Of a DNA stretch of 61,892 bases, positions 1-9,696 are shown in pieces. Numbering within the stretch: the stretch's first letter is position 1; each line of letters opens with the position of its first letter. The notes below the pieces were generated by a model that was not told where the DNA came from, searched no databases, and saw nothing but the letters and a program-made list of their open reading frames with translations. This DNA comes from Promethearchaeia archaeon. GTDB taxonomy: Archaea; Asgardarchaeota; Lokiarchaeia; Sigyniarchaeales; SOKP01. Location of the stretch: NCBI GenBank assembly GCA_029856105.1, contig JAHQWH010000016.1:1-61892 (forward strand). The letters are read 5' to 3'. A program made the position numbers and the translations under genes.

Positions 1-325
1 TGCCTGAATCACTATTTAATATCCAAAGGATCATCTTTCAACCTTACCCTTTAATACACTTAAAATTTGAATAGATTTAATTCAATAATCATTCTTTTTG
101 TTTTCTCAATTAATGATATTATTAATTGAATAAATAAATACATGTCAACAAAAAATAATAATTTTCATAAAATTTTTTAAATCATTTAAATATTTTCCAA
201 TATTTCGTTATTTTCTTAAATGCACATTTCTTTTCAAGTTATTTAATTAATTTCTAAAACATTTATGGAAAAAGCACTAATCTGAGAGTGGAATAAAAAT
301 TAAATCAACTCTTTCCTACTATATT

Positions 326-706
326 TTAAGAGTTTTTTCCTTTTTCATTCTCTGTTAAACCACCAATTACGACACTAATAAATCCCATAATAAATAGAAT
401 GCCTATTATCCATGTAAAAGGTGCAAAAATCTCACTCATAAGAAAGAAAAAAACATCTAAAAAAAGAGCTCCAAAAATCAGTATTACCCCAATTAATACT
501 AACCAAGAACCTAGATCCTTTTTACCCATTAAACCCCCAATTAATACACTAATCATTCCCACAATAGTCAGAATGCTGACTATCCACAAATATGTTATGA
601 AAATACCTCCTAAAAAAATGAAAATATTAAATAAAAAATAAGCCCCGATAAATAAAATAAGACCAATAAATACTAACAAACCTTCTACTTCCTTCTTTTC
701 CATCAA
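326..706 (-). CDS. small 4-TM membrane protein made of two tandem copies of a 2-TM unit
   Basis: Hydrophobic 126-aa ORF; halves end in ISVLIGGL and ISVVIGGL. Confidence 0.75.
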   Translation of the reverse strand: MMEKKEVEGLLVFIGLILFIGAYFLFNIFIFLGGIFITYLWIVSILTIVGMISVLIGGLMGKKDLGSWLVLIGVILIFGALFLDVFFFLMSEIFAPFTWIIGILFIMGFISVVIGGLTENEKGKNS

Positions 707-909
707 AACTCCCTCTTTTTAGTTTTTTTCAAATCATTGAATGAAAGTCGTAAGATCATTTTCTTCACTTAAACTACCATAAAAAAAAATTATATATATT
801 GTGTAGTCTCCATATTCAAAAGACCACAGACTTACTTTTTAGACTCAATGAGCTTAAACTACGGCAACAATGACGCTTATACTACGCTCCTTTTTCGGGT
901 GTACAATTA

Positions 910-1512
910 CTATGTTATTAAACTCATGCATGCAACCAACTGTACCGCATCATCTGTCTTTAGCGTTGGAGCACATATCGTATATTCATTTCCTTCGATC
1001 CAGACCCTTACTAGGAGCGTATTTTCTCCATATTTATCCCTGAATTCCGAATCACCTCCTGAGTCTGCCTTCTCATTTACTTTCACTGGCCATCCGTTGA
1101 TCTCAAGTGCATATTCAAATTCAGAGTTTTCAACCTGAGATTCCAATTGGAGATATGTTGGGGTAGAATCTGGTGGTACGGGCTTTATCTGGATTCCTAG
1201 CTCAGCAGTTTTATAATCTTTATTGCCCTCTGCGCTATAGACAACTATGGCTAAGAAAGGAGATTTCATTAAATATATAGCGGTAAGCTCAAGATTGCTA
1301 GGAAACTCAGATGGCAGGGATAGTGATATATTATATTTATTAGCTACTTCAACCATCTCATTCAAGGAGACCTCCCTAGAGACAGCGTAAAAATCTGGAG
1401 GTTGAGAATAGTTACCAGGTTCCACCGTATTGAGGGCTAATGAAGCGAACATGGACAGTAATATTGCCAATGTCATGGCTATCATAAAAGATTTAGTATT
1501 TTTTCTCATCAT
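910..1512 (-). CDS. secreted or membrane-anchored hypothetical protein
   Basis: 200-aa ORF with N-terminal basic residues plus hydrophobic signal; more GC-rich than its flanks. Confidence 0.75.
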   Translation of the reverse strand: MMRKNTKSFMIAMTLAILLSMFASLALNTVEPGNYSQPPDFYAVSREVSLNEMVEVANKYNISLSLPSEFPSNLELTAIYLMKSPFLAIVVYSAEGNKDYKTAELGIQIKPVPPDSTPTYLQLESQVENSEFEYALEINGWPVKVNEKADSGGDSEFRDKYGENTLLVRVWIEGNEYTICAPTLKTDDAVQLVACMSLIT

Positions 1513-1806
1513 CTACCCACCTCCAGATGCATAAAACTCATAATCTGTTTCATAAGTCGTAGTATATGGTGGATATGGCCAAGGATACTTTTTGTTGTAA
1601 AGAAAAATAAAGACAATAATGTATATAAATATTTTGATCTATACCTTAAAAATCCCCTTATAAATCCCTGTAATAAGTATTTAAAAAACTTCACTAATGT
1701 GGGTTTTTCATACATAAAAGATATTGATTCATCATAAGGTTTTGTTAAAAATTATAATTAAGATGCTAAAAAGGGTTTTAATCTAAAACTCATACTTAGA
1801 TTTATA

Positions 1807-1905
1807 TAAAAAAAAATAAAAAAGGTTAATTATATCCTTTCTACTCTCCAGATTCTTCTTCAGCAGCTAAATCCTCTTCCAATTCTTCCAACGGAACTGG
1901 TGCTG
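1807..1905 (-). repeat. inverted, diverged copy of the 3' end and U-tract of the gene at 47375-47698
   Basis: Minus strand reads APVPLEELEEDLAAEEESGE* followed by the same downstream sequence as 47634-47732. Confidence 0.9.
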
Positions 1906-1984
1906 AAATATAATAATTAATCAAAAACATTTAAAAAATTTAACATCATATTTTTTATAAAGAAAATCTTATAGGTTTAATTAG

Positions 1985-2416
1985 ATGGAAAAAATAGAAA
2001 GACGGATATATGGGTTTCTTTTTCTGCTTGGAGGGGTTTTCTTATTTATTTTTGCGGGATTTAGCTTAATAGATTTATTTTCAAAAACAGTTTTCTATTT
2101 TCTTTTTACTTTTGCAATCATAGTAATGCTGTATAGTGTTATTTTGATTCTAATTGGGACTTTTATTATGTCCGTTAACGTGAGAGTAAAAAAAAGCGTT
2201 GCTCTTATTATATTTTTAATGGGGATATTAATCGTAATATTATCTATTACAGTGATAATTATATATTCCTTTAACAGCGCTATTATTTTTGAAATTTTTT
2301 CAGGTATAGGATTAATTTTTCTCGGAATTAAGTTGTTTTTTCATAAAATAAAGTTTAAAGATGAGAAGAAAAAAAAAAAAGAAAAAAAATATTTGGGATT
2401 TTATTATTCATATTAG
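1985..2416 (+). CDS. multi-pass membrane hypothetical protein
   Basis: Four hydrophobic segments; 3' end runs through an A12 tract. Confidence 0.65.
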   Translation: MEKIERRIYGFLFLLGGVFLFIFAGFSLIDLFSKTVFYFLFTFAIIVMLYSVILILIGTFIMSVNVRVKKSVALIIFLMGILIVILSITVIIIYSFNSAIIFEIFSGIGLIFLGIKLFFHKIKFKDEKKKKKEKKYLGFYYSY

Positions 2417-2679
2417 GGTTAATTATCTCACTTCCATATGGATTTTCACTCATCATGACAATGGTTTCATATAAACTTGAGGTTTTACTCCTTACATTTC
2501 CTTTTTTATTATTACCTTTTCTAATTGGAATTATTTTATCAATTTATGCTATATATTCGATAAAAGAGAGAAAAATTAAGGCTGTTTTACCAATTTTGAG
2601 TTTTATATTTATCTTATTAATCTTTTTATATATCTTAGTAATTATTTTTCTTACAAGATTTTCATTATGCAATTTGTAA
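2365..2679 (+). CDS. membrane protein whose true start is probably frameshifted at the poly-A tract
   Basis: The frame of ORF 2455-2679 stays open and hydrophobic (IFGILLFILGLIISLPYG) back to 2365; ATG at 2361 is one base out of frame. Confidence 0.5.
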   Translation, partial: EEKKKRKKIFGILLFILGLIISLPYGFSLIMTMVSYKLEVLLLTFPFLLLPFLIGIILSIYAIYSIKERKIKAVLPILSFIFILLIFLYILVIIFLTRFSLCNL

Positions 2680-2972
2680 CCTTTCATCGCAGCATACGCA
2701 GAAAACCTTTTAGCAATTGATACCCAATTTTTATTTTAATTTAAGAGATTAAAAATCTTAAAAATAAAATTACTATTGATACAGTTCAAAAAAACCGTTT
2801 TCAAATTTTCATTTTTTTTTTATATATACCTCTTGATTCTACACTTTAAAATTAATTTTAATACACATGAGGTGATGAAAAATTTATCGATTAATAATAT
2901 TAGAAAGAAATAGAAGTCTTTTTTGGCAAAAAAAATCCAATCATTTTTTGGAACTATGGGATGTGATTTAAT

Positions 2973-3305
2973 ATGGAGAGAAGCGATATTTATAGAAAAG
3001 TTATGCGTATTCTGGTCATTTTCGGTGGTGTAATCGGTTTTCTCTATGCTTTTTTGAGGATATATAACGTAGAGGATGTTAGTCAGTGGATACAATATAA
3101 AGGTATTGTTAGTGTTATTATTGTCAACTGTGGATTGTTAGTAGCCAGTTTTACGATCGTAACAGCTTTGAAACCTGGTAACCCCATTCCGTGGCATTGG
3201 ATAACGCTCGCGATATTGACAGCGCTTACCGCGATATCTATCCATCCTATACCAGCGTTCTTGATTTTTATAGCAGGCATATTAGAATTAGCAAAGGAGC
3301 TTTAG
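2973..3305 (+). CDS. small membrane protein
   Basis: 110-aa hydrophobic ORF; stop is 2 nt before the next ATG. Confidence 0.75.
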   Translation: MERSDIYRKVMRILVIFGGVIGFLYAFLRIYNVEDVSQWIQYKGIVSVIIVNCGLLVASFTIVTALKPGNPIPWHWITLAILTALTAISIHPIPAFLIFIAGILELAKEL

Positions 3306-3307
3306 CG

Positions 3308-6300
3308 ATGAAAATGAATAACATAAAGAAATTCATATTTTATAGTGGTCTTGCTGTTCTTGTTTTTTCTTCTATTTACACAGGAGCCCCATTTAACAAC
3401 GCTCTCATAAGCGATTCTGTTCAGATACAAAATCAACTTGAGGACACACAATATAACTATGATCAAGAACCAAATAGCTCTCCAACTAAAAATAATTATG
3501 AAACGATTGAAAGTATTTTTACTCAAAAACTAACAGACTACTCCCAATTAGGTTATTTTCCACAACATTACGAACCATCACTACAAGCTACTTATTACGC
3601 CTTATATATTCTTGAAGCAGTTGGGAAATTGGATCAAATCAATCAAACAAGCGTTTTAAATTACATATTATCTCATTATAACGAAGAAACAAGTACTTTC
3701 ATGGATACATACGCATATAGATATTTGGATTCTAGTTTCCCGTATTTTTATTATCATTTTACCTCAGTTCTACAAGTGAATTGTTACGCTTTATTATCTC
3801 TTGACATTCTAGGTAATTTAAGTGTGATAGATAAACAAGATTCAATTGATTTAATTTGGAGTTGCTTTAATCCAGAAGGAACAGAGAACGGGTTTATAGG
3901 CCAACCTTATAATCCAAATTTGTCTAGCGGATTTAGAACAGCTTCTATGGAAAATTCCTTTTACGCGATTACCACACTGGATTTATTGATGGACGACTGG
4001 AGCGGTTACAGTTCTGAAAGAGCAAAATTAGTTAATTTCATAAACGGATTACAAGAGGATAGTTCATTTAGCGATGATTTCGGAGGTTTTTACAACGATC
4101 ATAACATGAGTAGCGTTCCTCTGGTGTTTTTTAACGAAGTAAACCTGTTAGCTTCCTACTATAACTTAAAAAGCTTGAGTGCGTTTGATTTAGTTGATAC
4201 GATTCAAACAAGCAGTTTTCACCAATATTTAACAAATCTATATGACAACATTGAACATTCTTTTCAAATGTTTGACAACGCAGATAACTATGTAAATCTA
4301 GTAGGTACTGCGTTAGGACTTGAATTGGCAAATGTAACAGGATTTATCGGGATAGATAAGGATGAAGTTATCAATTATATCCTATCAAATCGAAACGCTC
4401 TTGGTAACTGGGATTCTTCTACTCAATACGCTTATCACGAATTAATCGACACGTTTCAAATAGTAAGGTGCTTAAAAGAATTAGGCCTTATTAATCAACT
4501 CGATTCGCAGGAAAAAAGTGAGGTCGCAAGTTCAATGGAGTTTTATCGCCAATTTGAGGGGTACTCCCTTCTTTCTAAAGACTATATATCTCTAAATCTT
4601 ATTTACTCCATTGTAAACTCTTTCAGTTTATTCGGTAGAATTTCTGATTTAGATATATCAGGGTTATACAATATGCTTACTACTAATTACAAGGGAGACC
4701 TCGAGATTTATGGCTTCTTAGCTTGCACTAATATGAATCAAGAATATGTTAGATTCAGGTCTCGACCAATTGAATACTTTACTTTAGGTCAACATATGTA
4801 CACTAATTCAACAGATACGATATTCAATCATAAATTAACTTATATGGCTCTAGACTCTTTACTTAAAATTTATAAGCTCGACGACTTCGAAGCTCAATAC
4901 GATTTAATGGATATTTATAACCAAATAATTGATTCTCAATATTTGGAGTATAATTACGATAATTTCGGTGCTTTCTTGTTATTTAAGAAATTTGGAACAC
5001 CAGAACATCAAAATAACTTTATATTTTTCGAGTATAGCTATTACGCGATTAAAACGCTGGAATTAATTGCGAACTACCTCGATTTAGGAGCGCTCGTTAA
5101 TATGTCTTTTAATCAAGTGGCATTACATGGATTTATCGAGAGAAACATAATCGAAACAGATTCTACTTTGTACTTCAAACCTCAATTCACAACTGACGCA
5201 CAAGTTACGCTGAAATACACTTATTACATGATTTACATTTTAAAAGCGCTTAACCTTTTTAATTTAGATACCCAAAAAATCACGCAATTCGTATTAGAAA
5301 ATATGGATTACGGAAACATACTAAAAATCTACTACTGCTACAAGATATCAGAGATTTTAGACCTAAACTTAGACTTCGACTTAATATCTACGCAGAATTT
5401 AGTACAAACGGTATTTTCCGACGATTTACACGAATTTTTTATCAGCTCTGATTTTCAAGAAATCGACCAAGAAGCTTTTCTATGGGTGTGCGACTTAGCG
5501 ATGAACAGTGAGTTCGAAGTTAATTACGACTACGAGGAATCCATTCTATTAGGGGATATAAATACCATAACTGCTTCGTTTTATAACATGATCTATCCCG
5601 AATATGGCTCAGATACAACAGTGAGATTTGAAAGTCCTACTTTAGTCGTTATAGAGCTCGATAGACAGTTCAATACAACGTTCCAAATTAATCTAATGGT
5701 GCCCGAAGAACCTAAGAATTTTCCTCACATAAACGGCTCTCTTAAAGTCTATAAAAATTCTAAGATGATCGGGGAGGCTCCTGTGTTCTTTTATACGAAT
5801 ATTAATCACGTTATAAACAATTCGTTTAAAAAAGATGGCAACAAAATCAGATTTGATGTCAACATTTCTAGAGCGCTACATTCGGGATATCAACCCGTCG
5901 ATAGCTCCCAAGTACACGCAGATGTATTTAGAAATAAAGTGTACATTGAAACCATAAATTTTAGCAAAATTGATTTCCCAGACTACTCTAAATTTACTTC
6001 ATACCACGAAATTAACGGTTCAGGGACTTACACTTACAACGCTTCATTACTTGACGAGTTTTATCCCGAGGGTTGCTGTTTATTTACAATTCAACACATC
6101 GTTTCACCTCCATTACCCCCTCCACCTGAAATTAACGGTCCCATCTTAGCCATCATAGGATTAGCTGGAAGCGTTACCGTCGTTGGTGCAACCATGAATA
6201 TAGGAAATAGAATAAAAAAAAGGGGGCGCAAAAGAGGTATAGAACCAGAACAAAAAAGAAGTGCTCGTGAAATTATAGAAGACGTAGAAAATGTTTCATT

Positions 6301-6316
6301 CGATAATTGGGACTAA
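3308..6316 (+). CDS. large surface protein with prenyltransferase/squalene-oxidase-type alpha-barrel repeats and a C-terminal TM anchor
   Basis: Repeated (S/T)YYA(L/I)xxLxL motifs; signal-like N-terminus from ATG 3308; Pro-rich linker, TM helix and basic tail. Confidence 0.75.
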   Translation: MKMNNIKKFIFYSGLAVLVFSSIYTGAPFNNALISDSVQIQNQLEDTQYNYDQEPNSSPTKNNYETIESIFTQKLTDYSQLGYFPQHYEPSLQATYYALYILEAVGKLDQINQTSVLNYILSHYNEETSTFMDTYAYRYLDSSFPYFYYHFTSVLQVNCYALLSLDILGNLSVIDKQDSIDLIWSCFNPEGTENGFIGQPYNPNLSSGFRTASMENSFYAITTLDLLMDDWSGYSSERAKLVNFINGLQEDSSFSDDFGGFYNDHNMSSVPLVFFNEVNLLASYYNLKSLSAFDLVDTIQTSSFHQYLTNLYDNIEHSFQMFDNADNYVNLVGTALGLELANVTGFIGIDKDEVINYILSNRNALGNWDSSTQYAYHELIDTFQIVRCLKELGLINQLDSQEKSEVASSMEFYRQFEGYSLLSKDYISLNLIYSIVNSFSLFGRISDLDISGLYNMLTTNYKGDLEIYGFLACTNMNQEYVRFRSRPIEYFTLGQHMYTNSTDTIFNHKLTYMALDSLLKIYKLDDFEAQYDLMDIYNQIIDSQYLEYNYDNFGAFLLFKKFGTPEHQNNFIFFEYSYYAIKTLELIANYLDLGALVNMSFNQVALHGFIERNIIETDSTLYFKPQFTTDAQVTLKYTYYMIYILKALNLFNLDTQKITQFVLENMDYGNILKIYYCYKISEILDLNLDFDLISTQNLVQTVFSDDLHEFFISSDFQEIDQEAFLWVCDLAMNSEFEVNYDYEESILLGDINTITASFYNMIYPEYGSDTTVRFESPTLVVIELDRQFNTTFQINLMVPEEPKNFPHINGSLKVYKNSKMIGEAPVFFYTNINHVINNSFKKDGNKIRFDVNISRALHSGYQPVDSSQVHADVFRNKVYIETINFSKIDFPDYSKFTSYHEINGSGTYTYNASLLDEFYPEGCCLFTIQHIVSPPLPPPPEINGPILAIIGLAGSVTVVGATMNIGNRIKKRGRKRGIEPEQKRSAREIIEDVENVSFDNWD

Positions 6317-6398
6317 TGTTATTTTATTTTTTTTTACTTATTGTAAGTTATATTTAAAAATATTTTTCTTTTAAATAGAATCGTTAGGAATAAAGTGT

Positions 6399-9300
6399 AT
6401 GATCGAAGATGATATCAATTCGCACCAATGCAGATTTTGCAACTCGTCATTCTCAGTCGAAATTCTCAAAAAGATCGAAGATAATAGAGATGATGTTTAC
6501 TGCGAAAATTGCGGAGATTTAATTAAAAGAGTTCAAAGTAAATATAATTTTAATCCTATTAAAATTATTGAAAACGCCTCTAATACCAATACTAAAGATA
6601 CACCTACTAAGCCTCAAAAAGATTTAGAAAGCAACCCTGACGCTTTACATTACCCAATTGGCCGAATTTTTTACGACACTGATTTCCCACTAATTTTTAA
6701 GAGCAATTTCATTATTGTATTTTCTCGCCTTACTTATTTTCATGCGCTACATTTAGAGAGTAAAGGGCAAATCGAACTTGGGGGTTTGGAAGTACCTGAA
6801 AATGCCATTAACAACCTCTTTATGTCTATAAGGCATATTCAGGAGAAGCGAATTAAGTCTGAATTCCTAAATAACCTCCATGAAATTTCTAAGGAGGAAT
6901 TTGAACGCAATCTAAAACAATTACAGGCTAAAATTCAATCCGACCATCAGTATCGGGAAGATTTTATCGTTTACTCCCGGTGGTTAATAAGTAAGGCGTA
7001 TCTTCTTATCTCTAACGAATCCAATAAGGACAACCTTTCAAAGTTTGATCTAACTATCTATAAGGATATAAAAAATCAAAAAGAATTATTCGAGAGTAAA
7101 CTAGAACAATTTGCAAATAAACCTACAAACACAACATTCGTGAAGAGAAGAAGTGAATCTAAGAGGATTAAAGAAGCGAGAATTAACTTTGAACGGAATA
7201 TACTTAATGAATTAAAGAGAATAGCTATTAACTATGAAGATCATGAATTATTATATAAAATAGCAAAGAAGATTGTAAAAAATGCAATTTCACAACCTAA
7301 TCAACTTTCAATTGACGATTTACCTAGTGGTCGGAAAATAAATCCCAAATACACGGCTTCAGCTTTTATATATTATGGATTAAGGCACACTGATTACAAC
7401 GATAAGTATGAAAAATACAAGCTATATGGAGTTATGGAATATATTAAGGAGTTTTATTCAGGAAATAAGACTATGTTAAGAGCTTTACAAAGTATAATTC
7501 CGTTAATATATAGGTTTCTTTTAGTAGAAAAGAGTAGTATTCTTTACTTTCCAAAATCAAAAAAGTATAACATCGAAGAAACGGTAAAGGAAAGGAGACA
7601 GAATCTTTGGATAGAAAATCGTTCAAAAATTTTTAAAAATGATCTAGAGAAACTTATAAATGAATTTAGTAAAGTTTTTGCTAAACAAACTCTTATTAAA
7701 AAAATCACTAAAGATCTTTTAAAAGATGCCATATCTGAGCCTAATTCTTTTTCAAAACAAGAAATTCTTGAATCACAGATTAGGTTAACAACACCAAAAT
7801 ATTATTGTGTTGCGCTTTTATTTTTAGCCTATAATCATGAAGATTACAATAAAGAAAAACTAGGAATTTCAAACTTCTCAAGAAAGTATTTTCCAAGCTA
7901 TATAAAGGAAAATAATTCGACCATTCCTTTTCTTTATAGATTTATTTCACCTGAAGTCAAGGGAAAAATTAACTATATTCCAATCATAAGGTATAAAGAT
8001 AAATACAAAAAATTTGATGAATTAAGACTTTGGGAAATAGTTAAAGAATTTCTACAAGCCTTTATTGATACAGGGATGAAAAAATATTTGAATCAGGCAA
8101 AAAGTCTTTTTTCCTCATCAAAAGAGGGTGGATTTGATCTACAAAATTTAGAAAGTAAGAATCCAAAATTTTTAGCTGCTACTTTAGTTTATTACAGCTT
8201 AATTCTCAGTGATAATTTTAATTTCATCTTAAAAGAGAGCTTCTTAAATCATATGAGGAATGCCGAATTTACAATTGGAAATAAGGTTTATAGATTAATT
8301 TCAGATTTTAATCCATATGTTCTTAAACATCTTGAAAAGCTTCGAATAAAAAAAAACAAAGAATTCGATGAAAATGAAATAGAAACAGATATAAACACTA
8401 CAGAGTTAAATACAGAAAAATCAAAAATAGTAATTAGTATCAAAAATCGATCCAATATCAAAAGAGAGTTCTTTCTTCATAAATTATTAGAAATTAGAGA
8501 AAAACATAAACAAAATGATAGAAACGATAATGTAATACTATGTGATTTAATTTTAAAATCTCTAGAATTCTACTAAGATTTTAATGCTTTTACTAAAGAT
8601 GCTCAATTTCTAAGATCATCTGGTTCTCCTAAACAAATTTTACTTCGGTTGAGTAAGAATAATTTATTGGGTAAAAAACAAGATTTAGATAGATTTATTG
8701 TAAAATATTTAAATTTTATAGATAGACTTGATACTAGTTTAGAAATTAAGAAATCATATACATCCCTTTTAACACATTATTATGAAGAAAGAAAAAATAG
8801 ATTCGATGAACATAACAAAGAAAAAAAAGTTAGGGAGAAACAGCGTAGGGCTAAATATGGTGATCTCTTTTTCTCACATGCTGTTAGGGTAGAAAGATTT
8901 CTCATAATGCTTGGATTTAGTCCTTTTGACGGGTATGATATTTGGGAAAATAGAGTAATAATTGATGATAAAATTCGTTTATATGCTAATTTTCATCATA
9001 TTAAGTATGTACCAGAAGAGAGATCAAAAAGAGAATTAGTATTCATCCCCCAAAAACCTCCTAAAAAATATCTAAAAAATACAGATAAATTTTTGTCGCA
9101 TTCAATGATTGCTGGAATGGAGGGGAATTTAAAAAGAAATGACATCTCTAATATTGTAAGACATAAAATAGAAAGAGAACTTAAGTCAATTCAAAATGTA
9201 ATCGAATTCAATTCAAAGATTTTAGAAAAAGCTGTTATAACTTTTAATCCAGAACTAATACTTAAATTAAAAGGATGGTCAAAGGAATGTATGAAGAGAG

Positions 9301-9461
9301 CAATTGATAGGATAAATGATCGAGAATTTTCTTGGGCAAAAGATGTTGAGAAAGGGGTCCCTACAGCCGGCGGTTATGAAAATGAAAGGATTGAACACAG
9401 TGAAGCTAAAAGGGTTATTCAAGAAATCTTAGATGAACGAGAAAGAAGAATTTTAGACTAG
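6399..9461 (+). pseudogene. Zn-ribbon / TFIIB-cyclin-like repeats / HNH-like protein interrupted by one in-frame TAA (8574-8576)
   Basis: ORFs 6399-8576 and 8649-9461 share a frame, with no other stop between them; N-terminal CRFC..CENC. Confidence 0.6.
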
Positions 9462-9696
9462 TTATTATCCCTCTATCACTTGTTCATAAAGTTTATTTGA
9501 AAAGATTAATTTTTAAACTTACTAAGTTCAAAATTAGTTTTTTGAAAGACTTAGAACGTAATAATAATACGGTTTCAATATACGAAAGATATTGGAATGA
9601 ATAAATTGGAAAAATTTAGCATTATTTTTATGTTTCTTAGCCTTTAAATGACTAGCTTTGAATTTTCAATTTAAATAAAAAATTTTGACGAGGAAA

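Noticed and set aside
3191-3307. ORF-track N-terminal extension of the large surface protein
   Set aside because: It overlaps the upstream membrane gene; ATG 3308 gives a proper signal-like N-terminus.
8574-8576. Internal stop as Sec or Pyl recoding
   Set aside because: The codon is TAA, not TGA or TAG.
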